A stretch of 64,000 nucleotides of DNA, taken from the NCBI GenBank assembly GCA_963761305.1, contig CAVXGK010000002.1, positions 992,001 through 1,056,000 on the forward strand, given 5' to 3'. The translations under genes and the position numbers were made by a program. Below are positions 58,723-64,000 of the stretch, one piece after another (position 1 is the stretch's first letter; each line of letters begins with the position of its first letter). The DNA is from an uncultured Gemmatimonadaceae bacterium (GTDB taxonomy: Bacteria; Gemmatimonadota; Gemmatimonadetes; Gemmatimonadales; Gemmatimonadaceae). The notes below the pieces were generated by a model. It ran no database searches and was not told the DNA's origin. It was given only the letters and a program-made list of their open reading frames with translations.

Positions 58723-58838
58723 ACTTTCGCGCGCAGAGGCCAATGATGGCTGATGCTGTTGCTGATGCTCGAGTGGTCCTTCCGCGCAGAGATCGTTATC
58801 AGTGAAAGGCGGTTTCGAGCGCCGCGTTCTGTACACCG

Positions 58839-59666
58839 CTACCCGGCTGAACCACGAAGCCCGTCGAGTCGCACCCCGTGGCCGATCACGAAAACGTAGA
58901 GCCCCGCGGCGAGAGCGCCCGCCACCAGCCAACGCCAATCGCGCACGACGAGCAGCGGTGGATCTTCAGGCTCGCCGATATCTGGGTTGCGCAGCAACTG
59001 CGGTCCCCACGCCAGCCCCGACGTTCCGCCTAGCGATGCGGCGACACCCGAGATCAACACGATGAACGCTCCACCGGGCTCGAACAGTCCGGCCGCGAGC
59101 GACAGCAAGCCACCAACGGCGTAGGCAGTGAGCGAGTAGCGGTTCGCTTCGGCGACGCGCGACGCGCCGGACGTGCGCAGACGCCGCCCGAGACGGCCCA
59201 TTGCCCACCGAGTCGCGAGCCAGTACCCGCCGGCCCCGAGGAAAAACAGACCCGCGTGCCACGCCCAGAACGGCGTGAGGCCGCGAACCACGTCCGCCCA
59301 GTCGCCGATGTTGCCGACACCGGAGTACATCCAGTAGCCGGCGGCTTCCATGAGGTTGATCGTCGTGAACAGCCAGAGAAAATACTCGCCCGCGTCGGCG
59401 CGCTCTCGTCGCCGCCGCAGGAAGACCGCGGCGATCGTCGCGGCCACGAGGTTGGCGAGCGTGCCGCCGGCGGCGATGAACTTGATCCCCAACGTCGACA
59501 CGGTCCGTTCGTCGCCCTCGAACTGCATGGTCGTGAGCAGCTGCGGCCGGCAGCCCACGAGCAGACAAGCGCCGCCGTGGCCGAGGGCCTCGTGCACGAA
59601 CGACGCGGCGGCGTGAGCGACAACGGCCACCGCGATCACCGTGAGCCAATCCTGCCGAGGGGTCAT
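58839..59666 (-). CDS. Multi-pass membrane protein with HExxxH motif (M50-like zinc peptidase?)
   Basis: FVHEALGHG, AAGGTLAN, GDW; about 7 TM segments. Confidence 0.65.
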   Translation of the reverse strand: MTPRQDWLTVIAVAVVAHAAASFVHEALGHGGACLLVGCRPQLLTTMQFEGDERTVSTLGIKFIAAGGTLANLVAATIAAVFLRRRRERADAGEYFLWLFTTINLMEAAGYWMYSGVGNIGDWADVVRGLTPFWAWHAGLFFLGAGGYWLATRWAMGRLGRRLRTSGASRVAEANRYSLTAYAVGGLLSLAAGLFEPGGAFIVLISGVAASLGGTSGLAWGPQLLRNPDIGEPEDPPLLVVRDWRWLVAGALAAGLYVFVIGHGVRLDGLRGSAG

Positions 59667-59812
59667 TGCGTGTCCGGAAGGAGCAATTGGTGAGATCGAC
59701 GGAACGCATCAATCTCGTCGAAAGTGGTGGGATGCGGTGCGCGGGTGCTAGTGTTCGACCACGACTGCAACACCGCTCCGCACGAACCGGCCTGTCTTCT
59801 GAGGGAAGTCTT

Positions 59813-60364
59813 ATGACGCGCGACGACGCCTTTCACTCCTGGGGCGGGATTCGACAAGCTCGTCGAGCGACTCCGTGTGTCCGTTTGAGCCCACGATTGG
59901 CCGTCGCCTGGGCGGCCCTCGCTTTGGCCGGCGCCCAAGGGCTGCACGCCCAACCGGGTCAATTCGTCGTCAACGCGGATGGCCGCGCCGACACGTCGGC
60001 TCGCGCCAACCAAATTCGCGCCGCGGAAATGTCCATTCGCGATGCCCTCCTTTCGTCCGACACGGTCGCCCTTTCGCGACTCCACGCCACTGAGTTCGTC
60101 GAGATCTCGGTGCTCGGCACGCTTCGCACCTGGGCCGAGAACATGCGCGACGTCGCGACGGGCGATTTGAAACTGCTCACGATCAAGTACGACAGCCTGG
60201 ACGTGCGCGTCTACGGCGACGTCGGGATCCTGACGAGCATTGTCAACCGGACCGGCACGTACCTCGCGAAGCCGTTCGCGACCAGGATTTGGTATACGCG
60301 CGTTTTCGTGTGGCGCGATGGGCGCTGGCAAACGGTCATGGTACAGCAGACACCCATACGGTGA
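59813..60364 (+). CDS. NTF2/DUF4440 family protein
   Basis: LDVRVYGDVGIL, YTRVFVWRDGRWQ. Confidence 0.8.
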   Translation: MTRDDAFHSWGGIRQARRATPCVRLSPRLAVAWAALALAGAQGLHAQPGQFVVNADGRADTSARANQIRAAEMSIRDALLSSDTVALSRLHATEFVEISVLGTLRTWAENMRDVATGDLKLLTIKYDSLDVRVYGDVGILTSIVNRTGTYLAKPFATRIWYTRVFVWRDGRWQTVMVQQTPIR

Positions 60365-60392
60365 GCGTGCAGGTCAATTCCCAACGCAAGCT

Positions 60393-60881
60393 TTAGGAGG
60401 CTGAACAGCCGGCGATGAATCGACGTGCCCGAAGGGCGAGCGAGTCGGCGACTGGACGCGGCACGTTGCCGTCGACGAGGATACGGCCTCCGACCCGGCT
60501 CTCGATGATCGCGGTTTGTACGAGTTTCCCGCCGAAGAGTACGGCAATGGTTTGGCCCACGTGGCTGGCCGTCGCGTCCCCCCACGACAGCGCCGCGGCC
60601 GGCGTTAGTCCGCCTACCACGTCCCACACGGTGTCGGGCCCGAGACGGTGCGATGCGACTAGGATGGTGCGAACGCCGCGCGCATCGAGGACAACCGTAT
60701 CGCGCAGGAAGTATTCCCGGCCGTCGCTCGCATTCAGGTACCGCCGCGCCGTCGGCGGAGGAGTGTCGTCGACAAAGCGCAACTGGAGCGAATCACAATT
60801 GGCGCGCTGCGACGACTGTGGGCGAAGTGGGGCAGCCGCGACAGTGAACAGCAGACAGGCGGTGAGGTTAGCGACGCGCAT
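60393..60881 (-). CDS. Secreted protein with SecDF P1 head-like subdomain
   Basis: Signal peptide; TASHVGQTIAVLFGGKLVQTAIIESRVGG. Confidence 0.6.
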   Translation of the reverse strand: MRVANLTACLLFTVAAAPLRPQSSQRANCDSLQLRFVDDTPPPTARRYLNASDGREYFLRDTVVLDARGVRTILVASHRLGPDTVWDVVGGLTPAAALSWGDATASHVGQTIAVLFGGKLVQTAIIESRVGGRILVDGNVPRPVADSLALRARRFIAGCSAS

Positions 60882-61160
60882 GCTGGCTCCCAGCTGTTTA
60901 CGGTTTCCAGGAATCGGCAGCCGTCGCCAGTGCCCGCTGGGAGGTGAAGCTCATGTTCCGGAGCCTCGGGAGACCATGGACGCCTCCGAATTGAGAGTTG
61001 TCGCCGCACTTCGCAACGCGTTGACCGTTGGATGCGTCGACTCACATTCGAAGTTACACCGTCTGGCGACACATGCCATACGTCGCTCGACGTAGCAGAG
61101 GCGACGCGGTGACGACGACACGCCCGTGGAGCAGTCTGACCGCTTGGCCGAAACTGCTCT

Positions 61161-62174
61161 TCACCGCGTCGCGATGTTCTTCCAGAACCGATCCAGACTC
61201 TCGTCGCCGCCGAACAGCGTGGTGAAGATCGTCGAGTCGGCCAAAAGGATGTCGCCCGCCCGCTCGTTCGTCGGCGGCATCCACAACAACATGTTGAAGT
61301 CGCGGTGCCCCGCCTCGATGAACGGGTGCGGGCGCCGGAGGTCGATCGGCTGGCGCGCCAGCACATGGATGGCCTTGGGGTCATCCGTCGTCACCGCGTA
61401 GTGCGGCAGGTGCTGGTGGAAAATGAACGTCTTGACGCCCTCGAGCCAGCCGTGTGTGTCCAGGTCGTTCGTCGTGATGAGCGGCTGGAGCTGCGTCGTG
61501 CCCTCGATGGTCGCCGGCCGCAGGCCCCACTGATTTTCGACCGGAACACCCAGTCCTTTCATGAGCGATCGTGTATAACGGCCGAAGCGCTGCTGGCTCG
61601 GGACGAGCGCGTCGCCGTGATGCTTGTACTCCATCTTGCGCACGTTAAAGTCGCTCGACGCGCCGACGTCGTGGTGCGGGCCCAGGATGAGCCGCGTGCC
61701 CTCGCGTGTCAGCCAGGCGCGCAGGGCCTCGATTTCCTCCGCCGACGCCTCCTGCTCGGTGACCAGATGATCGAGGCCGAAGACCATCAGCGTGTCCGTA
61801 TCGTCGAGCAAGCCGTTGTCGAGCGGCTGTTTTTGCCCAGCCTGGTCGATGCGTTGGTAGACCGCGACAGGGTGTCCGGTAGTGTCGCCGACCGCCTGTT
61901 GAAACCGGATCAGTCCGAGATGAAACAACTCGAGCGTCCCGGCGATACCCTGAATAAACATCTTCTCCGAGTACTCGAGCGTCTCGTAGTCCGGCCACAG
62001 GACGCGCCGCACCTCGGTCATCGTGGAGAACCGATTGTCGAGCTCCGTGAGGTCCCGGTTCGCTTCCCACGGATAGCTCCACGTCCAGTAGATGGAAAAC
62101 CGCGGCTTGCCCCGCGTGTACTTCCGCGGGACGCGGACTTGGTTGTAGGTCCTCGGACCGGGATACGATGTCAT
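61161..62174 (-). CDS. Conserved hypothetical protein co-transcribed with the DyP peroxidase
   Basis: ATGA overlap with dyp; WTWSYPWE, GPHHDVG, HHGD, HQHLPHY. Confidence 0.75.
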   Translation of the reverse strand: MTSYPGPRTYNQVRVPRKYTRGKPRFSIYWTWSYPWEANRDLTELDNRFSTMTEVRRVLWPDYETLEYSEKMFIQGIAGTLELFHLGLIRFQQAVGDTTGHPVAVYQRIDQAGQKQPLDNGLLDDTDTLMVFGLDHLVTEQEASAEEIEALRAWLTREGTRLILGPHHDVGASSDFNVRKMEYKHHGDALVPSQQRFGRYTRSLMKGLGVPVENQWGLRPATIEGTTQLQPLITTNDLDTHGWLEGVKTFIFHQHLPHYAVTTDDPKAIHVLARQPIDLRRPHPFIEAGHRDFNMLLWMPPTNERAGDILLADSTIFTTLFGGDESLDRFWKNIATR

Positions 62175-63514
62175 GCGAGCCTCGTGGTGGGCGCATCCGA
62201 GCCGGCGATCCGGCGAAGCGCTCGAAGACCGGGCAAAAAGAAGTACGCGGCGCCGCGAACCGTCGTGAATGCCGGCAGCCTCGCGATCTTCTTCTTCACC
62301 GGCCGTTTTGGAATGGTCATGTCGAACGTGCCGTCGTGCGTGCCGATGATCGGATCGCGTTCATTCTTGAGATTTTTGAACGTCGGATCGTTCGCCCACA
62401 CGTTCATCGTGAACTCAAACTGTCGGCTGAGGCTTGCGCAGCCGAGGAAGGCGGCGACGCCGCGATCCACGCCGTCGTCGGGGACGCCTTCCGGCAGCGG
62501 CGGCCCATACGTGCCACCGCGACGAATCAGGCGGTGCCGCTCGACGCTGTCGCCCGTATCACGCGGGTTCATTCGCCGGATGTGCGACCCCACCGGAACG
62601 CGATACCCGTACGGGTCCGACTCGGCGTAGGCGAAATCATTCGTCCGCTGCAGGTCGGCGCCAAGCGCCGGGTCTTCGCTCTCCGGCGCGAGCGCCAGTG
62701 GTGCGCCGCTGCGCCAGCGTCCCATCAATTTGGCGGCGACAAGCTCCTGCGCCTCGTGCGTGTCACCCTGCGCTTGGAGGAATTCGCGGAATTTGCCGAC
62801 GTGCTCCTGCAGCCTGAGATACGCCACGAAGCTACCGTTGCGCGAAAGCTCCTGCGGCTGAGGAATCTCGGGGACGGCGCCGCTCTCGTCGGCGTATCCG
62901 AGAAAGAACTCGCCGGCCTTGACCGGCGCTCCTGAGCCCGGCGTCGGCGCGGCGCCAAATCCCTCGATCGGGATTTCTGAAAGGCGGTCGAGGTAGCCGA
63001 AATGCTCGCGCGGCGCGCCGTCCGGAGAGATGGCCTCGAGGTCCAGAAACGACAGCAGCGTGACTCCGCCGACCTCCGACAAGTACGCCTTATGTGTCTG
63101 CGTCGCTCGATCATGCTCGGCGCTGTCGCGAGCGAACAGAATCGCGATCGCGTGGAGCGACGGGTCGGCGAGCCGTCCATCCCAATTGTCGGGGTGATTC
63201 GCGCCGGTGAAGCCGACGATCGCCGCACGTGCGGCGAGTCCTTCGCGAAATTCCTCGGGAAAAGTCGCCAGCTTCGCATCGCCGACTCCGAGCGCGCGCA
63301 GGCCGTTCCACGTGAACCCCACGGTGATCCACCGGATGTCCGGCGAATTCGAGCCGACAGACGCGCCCGTTCCCACCTTGTCGACGATTCCCGCAAGCCA
63401 TGCGCGGCCCGACTCGGCGCTCGTGAAGCTCAAGAATTCATAGCGCGCGGCACGCGCCGGCGTTCGCGCCAGCAGGAAGTGCTGAATGTCGTCGAGCTCG
63501 AGATGGTCGGTCAT
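62171..63514 (-). CDS. Dyp-type peroxidase
   Basis: LDDIQ, EHFGYLD, NGSF, KLMGRWRSGAPL, SHIRRMNPRD, LIRRG, QFEF. Confidence 0.9.
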   Translation of the reverse strand: MTDHLELDDIQHFLLARTPARAARYEFLSFTSAESGRAWLAGIVDKVGTGASVGSNSPDIRWITVGFTWNGLRALGVGDAKLATFPEEFREGLAARAAIVGFTGANHPDNWDGRLADPSLHAIAILFARDSAEHDRATQTHKAYLSEVGGVTLLSFLDLEAISPDGAPREHFGYLDRLSEIPIEGFGAAPTPGSGAPVKAGEFFLGYADESGAVPEIPQPQELSRNGSFVAYLRLQEHVGKFREFLQAQGDTHEAQELVAAKLMGRWRSGAPLALAPESEDPALGADLQRTNDFAYAESDPYGYRVPVGSHIRRMNPRDTGDSVERHRLIRRGGTYGPPLPEGVPDDGVDRGVAAFLGCASLSRQFEFTMNVWANDPTFKNLKNERDPIIGTHDGTFDMTIPKRPVKKKIARLPAFTTVRGAAYFFLPGLRALRRIAGSDAPTTRLA

Positions 63515-63551
63515 CGCGGCGTCGAGGGCGGCAGTCGTTGCGCCGGCGACG

Positions 63552-64000
63552 CTATTGGTATTGGTCCAGCATCACCGAGAAGGCCTCTTTCATGGTCAAG
63601 GCCTTCTTGATCTCATCCGCCGTGACGTACGGATACTCGCCGTACTCCAGAAAACTCGGCCGCTGGTGGTCGCGAACGAATTTGACGAACGCGGCGGCGT
63701 TGGTTTTCCAATCTTCGGGAAAGCCTTCCAACTTCTCGAAGATCGTCGTGATGCCGGTGGACGAGAAGATCTGAATGGCGTCCTCGACGTACTTGTCGAA
63801 ATCCGTGTCGAAGATGCCCTGGTACATGAAGTACAGGTCTTGCCCGATCGGAAAGAGCACCCAGCGCAGATAGTGCAATTGGAGCGGCGCCAACACGTGC
63901 GGATCGCCGGCGACCGAATCCTCGAGCGACTTGCCGTAGGCCCGAATTTCTTCCTCGGTGCCGGGTTTGATCTTCGCGATGATCGTGAAGCCGTGACACG
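63552..64000 (-). CDS. Hypothetical protein upstream of dyp (5' end outside the window)
   Basis: Frame open to the window edge: GFTIIAKIKPG...LHYLRWVLF...FDTDFDKYVED...FEKLEGFPED. Confidence 0.75.
   Translation of the reverse strand, partial: CHGFTIIAKIKPGTEEEIRAYGKSLEDSVAGDPHVLAPLQLHYLRWVLFPIGQDLYFMYQGIFDTDFDKYVEDAIQIFSSTGITTIFEKLEGFPEDWKTNAAAFVKFVRDHQRPSFLEYGEYPYVTADEIKKALTMKEAFSVMLDQYQ

Noticed and set aside
60370..60945. Integron cassette with attC sites around the 60393-60881 gene (ctcccagc/gctgggag inverted repeat; tcctaa...gttggga)
   Set aside because: Core sites do not match RYYYAAC/GTTRRRY, the downstream element is far too short, and no integrase is present

Overview
High-GC bacterial chromosomal segment. 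Gene content suggests Gemmatimonadota (orphan duplicated ABC permeases, PadR and BlaI-M56 pairs, many secreted S9/beta-propeller proteins); this is an inference. It opens with housekeeping genes (scpB-scpA-site-2 protease, rpsT, and a pyrR-pyrB-pyrC operon extended by a class II aldolase and a coiled-coil/zinc-ribbon protein). A long accessory region follows, with secreted enzymes, regulators, glpF-glpK, ppk2, tatA, lhgO, a MATE transporter and a DyP-peroxidase operon cut by the window end. The most notable locus is at about 22.7-30.2 kb. There, a SLOG-like nucleotide-sensor domain fused to two SLATT-like transmembrane modules lies divergent from an operon encoding an Ig-like lipoprotein, a putative outer-membrane protein and a TPR + degenerate SLOG + non-canonical class III nucleotide cyclase. 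This is a candidate cyclic-nucleotide signalling or defence system, and it carries three apparent frameshifts at short homopolymers. Intergenic DNA holds several tandem-repeat families (8-bp CCGGTGGA, 16-bp TTCGTYACNNTCGCNN, a 21-bp array), several recognisable promoters and operator-like palindromes, and two gene remnants. No rRNA, tRNA, CRISPR array, integrase or transposase was recognised. All family assignments come from visual motif recognition, not database searches.
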